Positions 25,505 through 38,264 of a stretch of 64,000 nt of DNA are shown in pieces (position 1 is the first letter of the stretch; every line of letters starts with the position of its first letter). Under the pieces are notes generated by a model. It saw only the letters and a list, made by a program, of their open reading frames with translations, searched no databases and had not been told where the DNA came from. The position numbers and the translations under genes were made by a program. The DNA lies in contig NW_024704742.1 of assembly GCF_018977255.1 (NCBI RefSeq), forward strand, positions 65,970,001 to 66,034,000, written 5' to 3'. The stretch comes from Callorhinchus milii. Lineage: Eukaryota.

Positions 25505-25850
25505 AACAACAGCAGCAAATTATACTTGTATAGCTCCTTTCACGTCGGGAGGACATCCCAAGGTGCTGGATAGTCATGGATTTGCACCCAAGCTGAGCAT
25601 TGAGATCAGGAGGAGTCGAGGGCAGGGATGGTGGGGATAGGAGGGTGACCGAAGGCGCGGTCAAAGAGGAAGGTCTTGAGGCGTGCCTTGAAGGAGGCAA
25701 AGGAGGGGGCGAGGCAAAGAAACTGTGGGATGGAGTTCCAAAGGGTGAAGGCAAAGAGACTGAAGGCCCGACTGCTGACAGTGGTGTGGGCAGGACGGAC
25801 GATGTGAAGTAGGCCAGAGTCCACTGAGCAGAGGGAGCGGACAGGTCGGA
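25505..25850 (-). mobile_element. L2 LINE 3' end
   Basis: Minus ORF SLCSVDSGLLHIVRP..AFSLFAFTLWNSIPQFLCLAPSFASFKARLKTFLFDRAF. Confidence 0.85.
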
Positions 25851-26302
25851 GATGTCTCAAAGCGTCTCATAGAATACACTGTAAAATGGTGCGACTGTGT
25901 GGAGGTGGGTATTCTGGAAGGATGAGATCAAAGTGCCTTATCCATCTGAACCAATCTTCAGATCTTGTGATCACATGGGAGGTTTGAACGTAGAAGTCCC
26001 TTCAGCCCATTTGATCTCATCCTTCCAGAATACTCATTTCATTCAAAACACTCACCCTACTGTGCGCTAATTACAACATCAAAATGTACTATGCTAATCA
26101 CGAAAGAGGGAGCTACTCTCTTAACTTCTTTATCCTGTAATATGATATAGAAAGATAACCTTTTCTTTATTAATCTTTACTTACTTCCTTCTCTTTCACC
26201 AAACACAAGTTAATTTTGCCGATTGGGAAAATAGGACATTGTCCCACAATCAGTTCTTAGCGTAGCAACCATTTGCACATTCAAAAACAGACTGGACACA
26301 TG

Positions 26303-26657
26303 GTAAGTGGTTAGAGCACTCGCCTTGCAAGTGAGAGGACCTGGGTTCCATTCCAGGGCAGGGTAAAACTTTAGGCAAATTTCCTTACGTCACACGTCTC
26401 TGTTTACCTAGCAGTAAGTAGGAACCCAGTTGTTTGTTGATTGCTGGATTGCTTTCTGCGAGTAATAATCCCTCAAGAATAATTTGGTAACTCGGTCACT
26501 CAATCCACGAATGTTTGTGGGGGACTGCTGGGTGCAATTGTTTGCCGCATTTTGCCCAAAATATACAATTAATTCAGTTTAAAATAAATTGTGTGAAGCA
26601 CTTTGTGATGTCTCAACGATGTGATAAGGTGCTATATCAAATGTAGGATTATTATTA
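26303..26657 (+). mobile_element. SINE family A, full length
   Basis: gtggttagagcactcgccttgcaagtgagaggacctgggttcc head through ggattattatta tail. Confidence 0.85.
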
Positions 26658-28317
26658 AGAGAGCATGAAGTTGAGGAATGTGGGGAAATACCTGGCTTGA
26701 CTGACTTGGGATTCGGGATTTGCTGCTTTGGATTTCACTGTGAATTTCTCAAAGGGGAAGCTGCAATTTTAAGACAATTTTAACACGCTTTGAGAATAAC
26801 TACACACTAAACCCTGATTTTACAACCCAGGACATTGTATCTTTTAGCAGTCTGAATCTGTTCATGTGCTCAGCTCTAGTGTTAGAGGTTATTATTATTT
26901 TGAAAAAAATAATAATAGTTACATTGTGCTTGCTTTAGTACAGCGTCTACAATGTTGAAATGTTTCAAAGTGCTTCGCAGGTAATTGTCATTACACTTTA
27001 CGTATATCCTGTGAAGTGCTTTCAGATCCCTCTATAACATGCAAAACTCTATATCAAATGCAAAGATTATTATTATATGAACTTATATGGCTACAGTAAA
27101 CCTCACATAAGTGAAAAGTATGAGTTATGTGAAACTTGCATAAGTAGTATCATATATGATTTATGTAAAGTTATGTATAAGTTGGATTTTATATGACTAA
27201 CACAAAACAAATACAGTACACAAGTATAGTATTATAATAACTCATGGGTGAACACAGAAACCAATTTGCACAGAGCAGTGATCCATAGACAGCTTTGAAG
27301 TGTAAAACCAATTCATCAAGATTGTTGGCTGGGACACCAGGAGAACCTTCCTTCTCTTCAAGTCAGCACAGACCTGAGGGCTCAGTGAGTTGGTGTAGTG
27401 AATAGCTGAGCCAACCAGACTGGAAAAGTCTTGGTCTGTGCTGAGTTAACTAACTCTTAGCGCTACTAGGGGAGGATTGGGAGTGCTTCACTACAATCCA
27501 CCACAGAGTCTTTTTAGTGGGAGGATAATGTGCCAGGATTCTCAGATCTACAGATTCCTATCCAGACGGAAGATGTGTGTGACCTGGGCTCAGGCAAACA
27601 GCATGACAAAACTCAGAGACAAGCTGAAACATGAAGAAATGTCACTTAGGCAAGGCACCTTTGGAACCGTAAGCTTTTGGGCGTAGTGGCTGAAAGCGCA
27701 ACTCCCGATGGTGGAGCGGAGGGGACGAGGGAAAAGCAGGAGGGTGTGAGGCTCTTGGACTGGATTATAAAAGTTCATTTCACCTTATCCATGATTTCAG
27801 CTAAGAGTCAAGTGGTACTTAACCTCTACTGTAGCTCATTTGCTCCCTCAGTCTGCCTTTGTTTGTGAGATGTTGCTGTGCACAATTTGGCTGCCGCATT
27901 CGCCCACAAAACACACAGTCACTGCACTTCATTGTATATCCTGTGAAGAGCTTTGAGACGTCTGAATGATATGATAAACAAAATACACAGTCACTGCACT
28001 TTGCAGTGAATCCTGTGAAAAGCACTTTGAGATCCCCGCTGATGTGAAAGGTGCCACTGTATATCAAATGCAAGGATTATTATTATTGTCTTAAAAATGG
28101 CTTGGAAAATTCTTAAACTCGGGCTTGATTGGGAGGCAGATTTCATCTTAAAAACCTGCAAAATCAATTTTTGAATTAAGGTTGAATTTAAGAATTAACA
28201 AAGATTAAAATCTTATAGTTTATGACAATGTTATGTCAAGGTTAAGACTGTGAGAAATTTGAGATCTCAGGCTTTTAAAACTCCAGCTTGGTGTCTCCTC
28301 ACCACAACTGTACCAGC

Positions 28318-28835
28318 CTGGCTCGGTCGGTAGCAATCGCGTCTCAGAGTCAGCAAGTTACAAGGTCAAGTTCCACATTGGGAATTTGAATTCATAGTCT
28401 AGCCTGACATTCCAGCGTAGTGCAGGGGGAGAGTACAGCATTGTCTGAGGTGATGTCCTTTGGATCAGATGTCAAACCAAGTCCCCATCTGCCAGTACAA
28501 AACACTATTCAAGAAGGCAGTTTCTCCTGGTTTCCTGGCCCACAATCTTCCAAATAAAATTGGTCATTCACTTCAGGATTGTTTGTGCAAAAATTGGTTA
28601 CTGAATTCACCAAAATACACCATCGCTGCACTTTACAGTATAACCTGTAAGTGTTTTGGGATGTTCCCTTGATTGAAGGGCACTATATGTAAGGATTATT
28701 TTTACGACTTCTCGCCCAAAAATATACAGTCAATTCACTTTACAGTCTATTCTGTTAAGCGCTTCGAGACATTGAGAAGACATAAAAAGCGCTATGTCAA
28801 ATGCGAGGATTATTATTATAATATATTATTATTAT
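28318..28835 (+). mobile_element. Deu-domain SINE followed by a second SINE tail
   Basis: ctggctcggtcggtagcaatcgcgtctcagagtcag head, core and two tails. Confidence 0.75.
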
Positions 28836-28872
28836 TAATCTAATTTCCTCTCCTCTTTTCTCCAAACTTCAG

Positions 28873-28910
28873 CGACGAAGAGGAGACAAAACTATTATTG
28901 GATGGGTGCT
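28873..28910 (+). other. Possible 38-nt exon on the plus strand
   Basis: ttcctctcctcttttctccaaacttcag|CGACGAAGAGGAGACAAAACTATTATTGGATGGGTGCT|gtgagc. Confidence 0.2.
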
Positions 28911-29761
28911 GTGAGCAGGAGACGCATTTATGGAGTCCCATAGTGTAGAGGTTAGATCACTTGCCTCACATACAAGAGGTTAAATTTGGTCACTCAATCC
29001 ACGACCGTTTGTGGGACACTGCTGTCCTCAATTGGCTGCCGCATTTCCCTACAAAATATGCAGTCAATACATTTTACAATGAATTCTTTGAAGTGCAATG
29101 ATGTGATAAAGTGCTACACCAAATGCAAGGATTATTATTAATAATCAATGATACTTAAGAATACCTTGACACAGTCTGGTGCAAAGCCTTATCAAAGCAG
29201 CTTGAACCAAGTGGACTCCGTGCACCAGTTACAACAACAACAAAATTACATTTGTATAGGGGCTTTCACATCGGGAGGATGTCCCAAGGCACTGAACATC
29301 ATCAATATATTCTGTGAAGCACTATGAGATTTCTCAATGACGTGTTAAGATGCTATGGCCAATGTGAGGATTATTATTATTATCAGCATTGCTAGGGTTA
29401 ATCCTCCCTGTCCCAGCCCTTCCAACATGTGAAGCATATCAGTAGCAAGTCAACCACCGAGTCAGTGAGCTGCTCCCAACAGTCCCACCTTTTACAGTAT
29501 TATCGGGCTCACATTGGGAAGGCACAAAGCTCCTTTCACCAGGGTCTAAGAAGAGGCCAGTGTGAGTTCAGAGCCACTTCCACCCCTATTAAACAAGTAT
29601 CTGTGCGCCCCATAAAATTAACTTATTTCAGATCAGAATCTGGAGCCAACACAAATTGCCTCAGGTTTACCACAGGGGATCAGATCAGTGCATTTCATAG
29701 AATGTCTCTGATTGAGGATTCACACAGACTTTCAATCAGTTTTTAATTTGATTCCAACCTT

Positions 29762-30076
29762 ATAATAATAATCCTTGCATTTGACATAGCACCTTATCAT
29801 GTCAGAAGAATGTCTCAAACCGCTTCACAGGATTTACTGTGAAATGCAGTGACTGTATATTTGTAGGAAAAGGTGGCAACACAATTGCAAACAGCAGACA
29901 TCCAACAAACAGCCATGGAGTGAGTAACTAATTTTATTTGGGAGGAATGTTAGCCAAGACACTGGGAGAAACTCCCTTCTCTTTTTGAATAATGCCATGG
30001 GATCCTTAACATCCATCTGAACATACAGACAGGACCTCAGTTTAACATCTCATCTGAAGGACGACACCTCCAACAA
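29762..30076 (-). mobile_element. Deu-domain SINE
   Basis: Tail and core, reverse orientation. Confidence 0.8.
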
Positions 30077-30239
30077 CTATGAGGGTTGATAGGGTCAAAT
30101 CCACTCAAAATAATTTGGATTTTTTTAATTGGGGGCTTTTTTAACTGGGTTACACGTTTTACAATTTCATGTTCTTGAGAAATGGGTTATCCAGCAATTC
30201 TTAAGTATCAAACTTGACGCTTCACATGTGTTGGTTAGT

Positions 30240-30637
30240 GCCTGCTCAGATGGTAGCACTCTCGTCCCATAACAGAATGTTATGGGTTCAAGCCCTACGG
30301 GCGGTGCTTTGAGCTCTAGACTGACGCTCTAGTGCAGTCATGGGGAACGCTGCATTGTCAGTGGTGTTGCCCCTCGGATGAGACACAAACATCGAGGCCC
30401 CATCTGCCTATTTTGGTGATGTTAAAAATCCCATGACACTATCTGAAAAGAGAATGGAGTTTCTCCCAGTGACAAAAAACTATTTGGTCACTCAATCCAT
30501 GACTGTTTGTGGGATACCACTGTGTGCGATGTGTTTCACTCACAAAATACACAATTTACAAATTTCTGTGAAGCACTTTGAGACGTTCAACAATGTGATA
30601 AGGAGCTATATCAAATGCAAGGTTTGTTATTATTATT
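30240..30637 (+). mobile_element. Deu-domain SINE, full length
   Basis: gctcagatggtagcactctcg..gggttcaagccc head, core and tail. Confidence 0.8.
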
Positions 30638-31169
30638 TGGCCAACAACACCTCTGATAAAATTGTTCATTATCTTCACGGATAATTGTGGGGCATTGGCT
30701 GGTGCGCAAATTGGCTGTCGCATTCATCTACAAAAGAATACACAATCACTTCACTTCACAATAAATGATGTGAAGTGCTTTGAGCCGACCTCCTAACGTG
30801 CAAGAAGCTGTATCAAATAGAAGTATTACTATTATTATATCCTTGTTTCCATCCAAGTGCAATAAATGTATTATTCTGCCGAAAATTATGGATAGAAACC
30901 CAGAGCACTATTCTCTGTTTCAAAGTCATTGCCAACAGAAAACTCAGCCTTCAACATTACTGCATTATCTCCCTCCTGTTAGTCATCAGAGAGAGAGTTC
31001 TTCATATAACACACGATTTAGCAAAAGTTAAGGATTAAGTTTCACAGGATCCTACCTCACTTGCAGCGCTGTGTGGTCTGAGGTTGACTCGAACGTGCTA
31101 ATCCTCTTTCTCAAGGTACTCAGCAGTCAAGTTATAGTAACCTGACTCAAGCAATTAAGTCTGCTCGTT

Positions 31170-31213
31170 TCTGCTCTCTCGCTCAATCTCTCTCCGTCCT
31201 CTCTCTCTCACTG

Positions 31214-31247
<34 letters not shown>

Positions 31248-32050
31248 TTCTCCCTGTGCTCTGTCTCTCTATTCTCACTCTCTATGTGGGGTCTCTCTCC
31301 CTCTGTCTCTGTATTCTTTTGCTTTTTGGTTTCTCACTCTGTGTGCCTTCTATCTGTGTGCTCTCACTCTCTCTCTCTGCTCCCACTTTGTGTGCTCTCG
31401 CTCTGTGCTCTTACTCTCTCACTCACTCGCTCTGTGCTCTCTCACTCACTCTGTGCTCTCACTCGCTCTATGTGTTTTCTCGCTCGCTCGGTGCGCTCTC
31501 GCTCGCTCGCTCGGTGCGCTCTCGCTCGCTCGCTCGGTGCGCTCTCGCTCGCTCGCTCGGTGCGCTCTCGCTCGCTCGCTCGGTGCGCTCTCGCTCGCTC
31601 GCTCGGTGCGCTCTCGCTCGCTCGCTCGGTGCGCTCTCGCTCGCTCGCTCGGTGCGCTCTCGCTCGCTCGCTCGGTGCGCTCTCGCTCGCTCGCTCGGTG
31701 CGCTCTCGCTCGGTGCGCTCTTGCTCGGTGCGCTCTCGCTCGGTGCGCTCTCGCTCGCTCGCTCTGTGTGCTCTCACTCGCTCTGTGTGTTTTCTCACTC
31801 TGTTTTCTCTCACTCTCTGTTCTCTCTGCGTTCTCTCTCTCAGCACTTTCACTCAGTGCACTGCCTCTCTCGTTGTGGACTCAACTCTCTCACTCTCTTA
31901 TTATGTGTTATTATTGCTGTTGTTCTCTGCGTACTCTCCTACTCTGTTCTCTCACTGCTCCCTTTCTCTCCCTGTGCCCTCACTCTCTGTATGTTTTCTC
32001 TCTCACGTTGCGTTCTCTCTCTCTCTCTCTCTCACATTCTCTCTCTCACA
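31170..32050. repeat. CT-rich low-complexity tract containing a 23-bp CpG-rich minisatellite (~31480-31762)
   Basis: Unit GTGCGCTCTCGCTCGCTCGCTCG about 10 times, then 15-bp variants. Confidence 0.95.
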
Positions 32051-32360
32051 AGTACACATTACATTGGCGATCTCTGTGCCAGTGTGACACCAGCTCTGGG
32101 CTCCACTCCACTGTACAGAGTAGGCTTCCTGGGCTCGGTCACCTATTGAGCATGAGATCACAGGCAAACATTGGCGCGGGCTGAACACAGACTCACTCCG
32201 GCTGCTATCTGCAACCTCCAGTTACGCAACGGGGGAGGAGAGAGTCTGTCTGTCTGTTTGTTTGCATTCCACCTCCCTGACTGAGGAATGTGCAGAGAAC
32301 CTGCTAAACCAAATGCAAACCGCCTTTTAATTATTTTTTTATTGGGAACAATGTACTCAC

Positions 32361-32441
32361 CCGGCTCCCCCCTCCTCCTCCTTTCCCCCCCACTCCCCTC
32401 TTATCTTGTATTTGAGAATCTGAGCTATTTTTCAAACTCAT
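32361..32441 (-). CDS. Candidate first coding exon MSLKNSSDSQIQDKRGVGGKGGGGGSR (gene unidentified)
   Basis: ATG plus 27 open codons ending CGG|GTGAGT (strong donor) in a unique island. Confidence 0.25.
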
Positions 32442-33139
32442 TTGTCACCAGTGCAACAGAGTGCACGCCTTTCCCTGGTGTGTAGTCCTCCTATTAATTA
32501 GAAAGCTAATGGGGGTTTGGTGGCACAATCTCAAAATTTCCTAAATGAATAATGAGCCTTTTTTTGTGGGGGGGTAGAGAGAGAGAGTGATTGTTTTCCT
32601 CTCTTCTGTGTATTTGTTTAATAACCCTGATTATGTTACTCGAATCTTATCACCTTAACATCTCAAGAAATGTGAAATTTGAGCCTGGAAAACAAAGGCC
32701 AGAGAGCGCGAGAGAGTGAGCAAAGAAAAAGAATATTATTAAATGACGGAGGTGAAAAAGATACCCGGATTTGTGATTTGATACAAATTATGAAACGATT
32801 TTGTTGCAAGATATTCAACCATTTTGGATATCAAGCAAAAAAACAGCAAATAATAATGATAATTTGGTCACTCAATTCATGACTGTTTGTGGGACACTGC
32901 TATGCGCAATTGGCTACTGTGTTTCACCCATAAAATATACAGTCAACTCACTTTACGGTATATTCTATGAAGCGCTTTCAGGTGACTCAACAATGTGGTA
33001 AGGCGCTATATCAAATGCAAGAATTATTACTATTATTTTATTAGATTGTGGCGTTTCTTTCATTTTAATCTTATTTTCTCCTTTCTTCTCCATATCGCAT
33101 AATATTCCTTCTTCTCCCCACCCACCGCCCTTTTCTGTA

Positions 33140-34045
33140 TTCAAGTGCGGCCTTCACCCCATCCAGGCTAGATTACAGCAACCCTCTGCTCACTTCACTT
33201 CCCTTCACAAGCTGCAGACTATCCAAAACTCTGCAGTTCATGTTTTTTCCTGCATTAGATTTAATGAGCCTATCACCCCCATCCTTGCCCAGCGCCACTG
33301 ACTCCCCAGATCTCAGCGGATTGATTTCAAAATCATCATCCTAACCTTTATGGAGTCCTGTAGCTCAGTGGGTAGAGCACTCGCTTTACAAGCGAGAGAC
33401 CTGAGTTCAATTCCAGGCAGAGGGCGAAACCTTGGGCAAGTTTCCTTACTCCACACAGAGCCTAATAATAATCCCTCCAAAAACCAAAAACAATAATAAA
33501 TTGGTCATTTTCAATCTACGACTGTTTGTGGGACATTGCTGTGCGCAATTGGCTGCCGCGTTTGCCCACAAATATACAGTCACTTCACTTTACAGTGTAT
33601 TCTGTGAAGCGCTTTGGGACGTCCTCCCGACGTGAAAAGCGCTATATCAAATGCAAGGATTATTATTATTATTATTTATATCCCTCCCTGGTCTCATCCC
33701 AGGGACCTCCTCAATCCCTACCAGCCAGGCTGCTCCCTCCGCTCAGCGGGCACCAGCCTGCTTCATGTTCCCCACCATACCTTCCGCACCATCAGCACTC
33801 AAGTCTTTGAGTCTATCTGCCCTCACTCTCTGTAACTCCAGCCCTGGAATCCCTTAGACTCGTCCCTTTCCTCGCCTCCTTCATGATCCATCTCAAGACT
33901 TTACTGTTTGACTTTGGTCATCTCCCCACACCCCCACCCCCTCGGGCTCTCACCATCAGCTTGGGTGCAAACCCTAGCCTGTCCAGGGCCTTGGAAACTC
34001 CTCCTGATGTGAAAGGCACTATAGAAATGTAAATTTGCATTGTAT
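33140..34045 (+). mobile_element. L2 LINE fragment interrupted by SINE A (33352-33679)
   Basis: tccaggctagattacagcaac (SRLDYSN) .. ttcaaaatcatcatcctaacc before the SINE; L2 resumes tccctccctggtctc after it. Confidence 0.8.
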
Positions 34046-34404
34046 TGCTGCATTCCCCCACAAATTTCCAGAAGCTCTGTGAAGCGCTTTGAGATATCCT
34101 CCCGACATGAAAGGCCCTATATCAAATGTAAGGATTATTATTACTATTTAAAAACAGAAGGGAATTTCTCCCTGTGTATTGCTCAACACTCCTCCAGATA
34201 AATTGTTCATTGGTGACATAGTTGTTTGTGGAACATTGCTGTGTGTAAATGATCTGCTACGTTCACCTACAAATACGCTTGACAGCAATTCCCTGTGAAG
34301 CGTTTTGGGCTGTTTTGGCATTACAGGTACGATATCAGATATAAGGATTGTTTATTGTTATTACTGCTCTGCCTAATTGGTGATGCTGTCAGCAGCTGTT
34401 GAAA

Positions 34405-34715
34405 ATAATAATAAAAATCCTTGCGTTTGATGTAGCGCCTTATCACGTGGTTGAGATGTCTCAAAGTGCTTCACAGGATATACTGTAAAGTAGATTGACT
34501 GTGTATTTTGTGGGCGAAACGTGGTATCCAGTTGCACACAGCAATGCCCCACACACAGCCATGGAGTGAGCAGCCAATTTTCTTTGGGGGGAATGTCGGC
34601 CAGGACACTGGGAAAGAGAAACTCCCTACTCTTTTCGAATTGTGCCGCAGGAGATCTTTAACGTCCACCTGAACAGGCAGAGGGGACCTTGGTTTAACGT
34701 CTCATCTGAAGGACA
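34405..34715 (-). mobile_element. Deu-domain SINE
   Basis: Tail and core, reverse orientation. Confidence 0.8.
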
Positions 34716-35464
34716 GAAAACAATCATCATGACTGATGTCACTGATATTAGGTTTATATGGGTCAAGATAATAGTGCCTTTTCACGTCATCGAGACGTCT
34801 CAAAGCGCTTCACAGAATATACTGTAAAGTGGTTTGACATTCAATGAAGAGGCTATTTTCTGTTGTGCTGTGGTTTTCTCCTCCACTTTTTGCCCTGAAA
34901 CATTACCTTACATCAACTTACCTCTTTTCTCCACATTATCAGTTGTTTATGGCAAACGGATCATAAGATTTAAGAGTACTTCAGCAGCCAAGGGACCGCT
35001 CATTAGTGAGGAAGGAATCATTATACTTCGTCAATGGCAATAGCTTTTGACAACTCAAAAGCTTCAATAGATGGTGCCCTTTTTTTAAAATCTAATCTGC
35101 TGATCTATTTTAATGAAATAATTATTCTGACTTCAATGGACTTAATTTTAACTTCCAATCATTAACTGCCCTCAGAGATCAATGAATCAAACAGCTCGTC
35201 TCATTAATAATAATAATAGCTTGCATTGATACAGCTCTTTTCATGTAAAAGTGAACCTCCTGAAAGCCCTTTCAAAAATAGGGTTGACAGAAATGAAGTG
35301 AATGTTGTTATACAGGCAAACACGTTTGGTACATTATATTTTGGGCATTTTTATGCTGGTGCAACAGAACTCTCTCCATCCCTGAAAATGGGAGCAAGGA
35401 GAATGTAATTCATTGAGGGTTTCTGTATCCTCACAAAACTCTGCAACATCACTACCTCACCAGG

Positions 35465-35815
35465 TTCCAAGGTCCTCACCCTCACTTATAAATTCCTTCA
35501 TTTCCTAGCCTTTCCCTATCTCGCACACCCATCACAGCCGAGACCCTCGTAGCCCCATCACACCAGTTCTAGCCAGGCTCCACTGGCTCCCTATCACTAC
35601 TACGCCCCAAAACTTTGGAACTCTCTACCTCAATCCATCTGCCTTGTCCCATCCCTCCCCTTTTTACAGATTAGAGCAGAAGATCTTCCTCTCTGACTAT
35701 GCTTATGGTCACCTCCTCTCTCCGACTCGGCCTCAGGCTCTGTCACTGTTAAGCGCTCCGAGACACTACCCTGCACGCAGGGTTCTATATAAATGCAAGT
35801 TGTAGTTGTTGTTGA
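35465..35815 (+). mobile_element. Old L2 3' fragment
   Basis: aaggtcctcaccctcacttataaattcc..ctttggaactctctacc..gcaagttgtagttgttg. Confidence 0.7.
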
Positions 35816-36397
35816 TCTTCTCCTAACTCATTCCTCTGCTCGCCTTCTCCACTCAGTTAATGGGTCCACTATCAGTGACCAAGCCTAGTGTGCTCCTAAC
35901 TCCTGGATCTCCTTTCAAGATTTTTTTCATGGTAGAGATTCATCTGCCTCACCCCTTTTCTATCGGTCTTTATATCCCACCTTAAACCCAAACTCTTTGA
36001 CCGTGCCTTTTAAGCGCTCTGACATGCTACCCTGCGTAGAGGGCGCTATATAAGTGCAAGTTGTTGTTGTTGTGCCTGCGGTCATCTCCAACCTTCCCCT
36101 TTTCCATCTATATTGCATTGTTCATAAAAAAACAGAATAATACTAACAGGATTCGATTGCATGTTCTAATTCCTATTATAGGGAATTACATGGGAAGAAA
36201 TTATAAAAGGTTACGTAACCTCATCATAACGATTTTACCATTTAACCCCTTCAACAATAAGGTCATTTCAGAGTTAGATCAGGGGAAAGCTATAAATTCT
36301 GGAAGGCTATATTTCCCAGTTAAACTGTTTAGACCAATTCAAACACAACCTATTGTTGGTGGTACATTATCATAATAGTAGTGGAGTAATAATAATA

Positions 36398-36982
36398 ATT
36401 GTGGGATATTGCTGTGACAACTGGCTGCTGTGTTTCACCCACACAAATACAGTCAAAAAACACTTTCCAGTATATCCTGTGAAGTACTTTGAGACGTCTC
36501 AACAACGTGATAAGTTTCAATATCAAAAGCAAGGATTATTATTATTAATTATAATAATCCTTGTATTTAATGTAGCACCATATCACATGATTGAGACATT
36601 GCAGAGCACTTCACAGAATTTACTGTAAAATAATAATATGTAGTGAACGTGCATTTTTGTAGGTGAACACAGTCACTAATTTGCGCACGGCAATGTCCCA
36701 CAGACAGCCATGAGGTGAATAATCAATTTTATTTGGCCAGGACACAGGGAGAGAGAAACTCCCTTCTCCTTTTGAATAGTGCCATGGGATCTTTAACGTC
36801 CACCTGAACAGACCGACGTGACCTCGGTTGAATGTCTCATTCAAAGAACGACACCTCTGACTAAGCAGTACTGCATTGGAGTGTCAGCCGCCCTAGACTG
36901 TATGAGTTCAAAGTCCTGATTTGGAACTTGAACCCACAACCATCTAATTCAGAGGCGATAGTGCTACTGACTGAGCTAAGCT
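36398..36982. mobile_element. Tail-to-tail pair: SINE 3' part (+) and full Deu-SINE (-)
   Basis: aaggattattattattaattataataatccttg junction at ~36530-36563. Confidence 0.8.
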
Positions 36983-37627
36983 GAAACATCTGGAAAACAT
37001 TTTGCTTGTCTGATTGTTTGACTCATGTCAAAATCTCTCTCTTGTGTTACACTTGCATGCTGCAAACGTCCCATGCTACATTTGTTCTGTTACATACAGG
37101 ACTTGACAGTGATACCTGATAGTGGTCTGCAGTCTAATGTTTCCTACATCCACAATGAGAGGCAGAATGTGTTGTCACTTTGTACTTTCCTCTGCGCAAA
37201 GTTCCATCAATCAAAATGGATTAGAAGTGAGTTTGGTGTCAATACATCACGTTCATTTATCCCTTTGGGGGGGAATGTTATGCTGCTCAACTCCAAACAT
37301 TTAATTAATGGCAGGGAGGGGGAGGGGCTCAGTTAAAGTGAAGCCACCAGCAGATTTGTCAAGGGGTTTGACAAGAGGCAACACTTTGAACTGCAGCTTG
37401 TTGGTTTATGTTTCTGTGGGGTTTTTAAGACTACAACACCAACAACAACTTGGATTTATATAGCGCCCTCCACGCCGGACGGCGTCTCAGAGCGCTTCAC
37501 AGTAATGGATCTTAGTACTGGGAAACCTGGCCGTCATTAGGTAATGTATCTCAACAGAATTCTCACCATATCAAATGCTATTAACAGTCAATTCACTTTA
37601 CAGTACATTCTGTAAAGCGCTTTGAGA

Positions 37628-38045
37628 CCCCGATTACTTCAGTCCTTGCCAAACGCCATTGGTTCCCTGTCACAGAGCGGATCGACTTCAAGATCCTCAC
37701 TCTAGTGTTTAAATCCCTCCATTCCTTGGCAGCCCCCTATCTCTCTAACTTCCTCTCTCCCCACAGCAGTACCTGCTGATCTACTCTACTGGGTCCGGCC
37801 TCTTCCGCGTCCCCGCGAATCCTCCGCTCCACCATCGGCGGCTGTGCCTCAGCCACTACCCCCCCGAAACTTTGGAACTTCCTCCCTCAACCCCTTCACC
37901 TCGCCCTCTCCTTCCCCATCTTCAGGTCTCGCCTGAAGACCTTCCTCTTCAACCACGCTTACAGTCACCTTTCCCCTCCCCCTTGTTAAGCGCTCTGAGA
38001 GGCCGCCTGGTGTGGAGGGTGTCATATCAATGCAAGTTGCTATTG
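37628..38045 (+). mobile_element. L2 LINE 3' fragment nested in a SINE tail
   Basis: cattggttccctgtcacagagcggatcgacttcaagatcctc (HW.PV..RIDFKIL); SINE tail split at tttgagac...ttgagacgtc. Confidence 0.8.
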
Positions 38046-38264
38046 TTGAGACGTCTTGAAGACGTGATAAGGTGCTATATCAAATGCAAGGATTATTATT
38101 ATTATCTTCCAGTCCACAGTTTGGGAATACATCCCTTCCCATTGAGCGATGGTTCCACCAGGAAGAGGTACAGAGTTTAAGCAGCAGCTGCTGACCTGTC
38201 TGTAGGCCAATCAGATGGATTCCGGCACTAGTTGTATGAAAGCGTGTTCACAAACTTGGACTCC

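Noticed and set aside
31256..32184. 260-300 aa Arg/Ser/Leu ORFs and an AAV ITR interpretation
   Set aside because: Minisatellite translation; no palindromic ITR arms or rep/cap sequence
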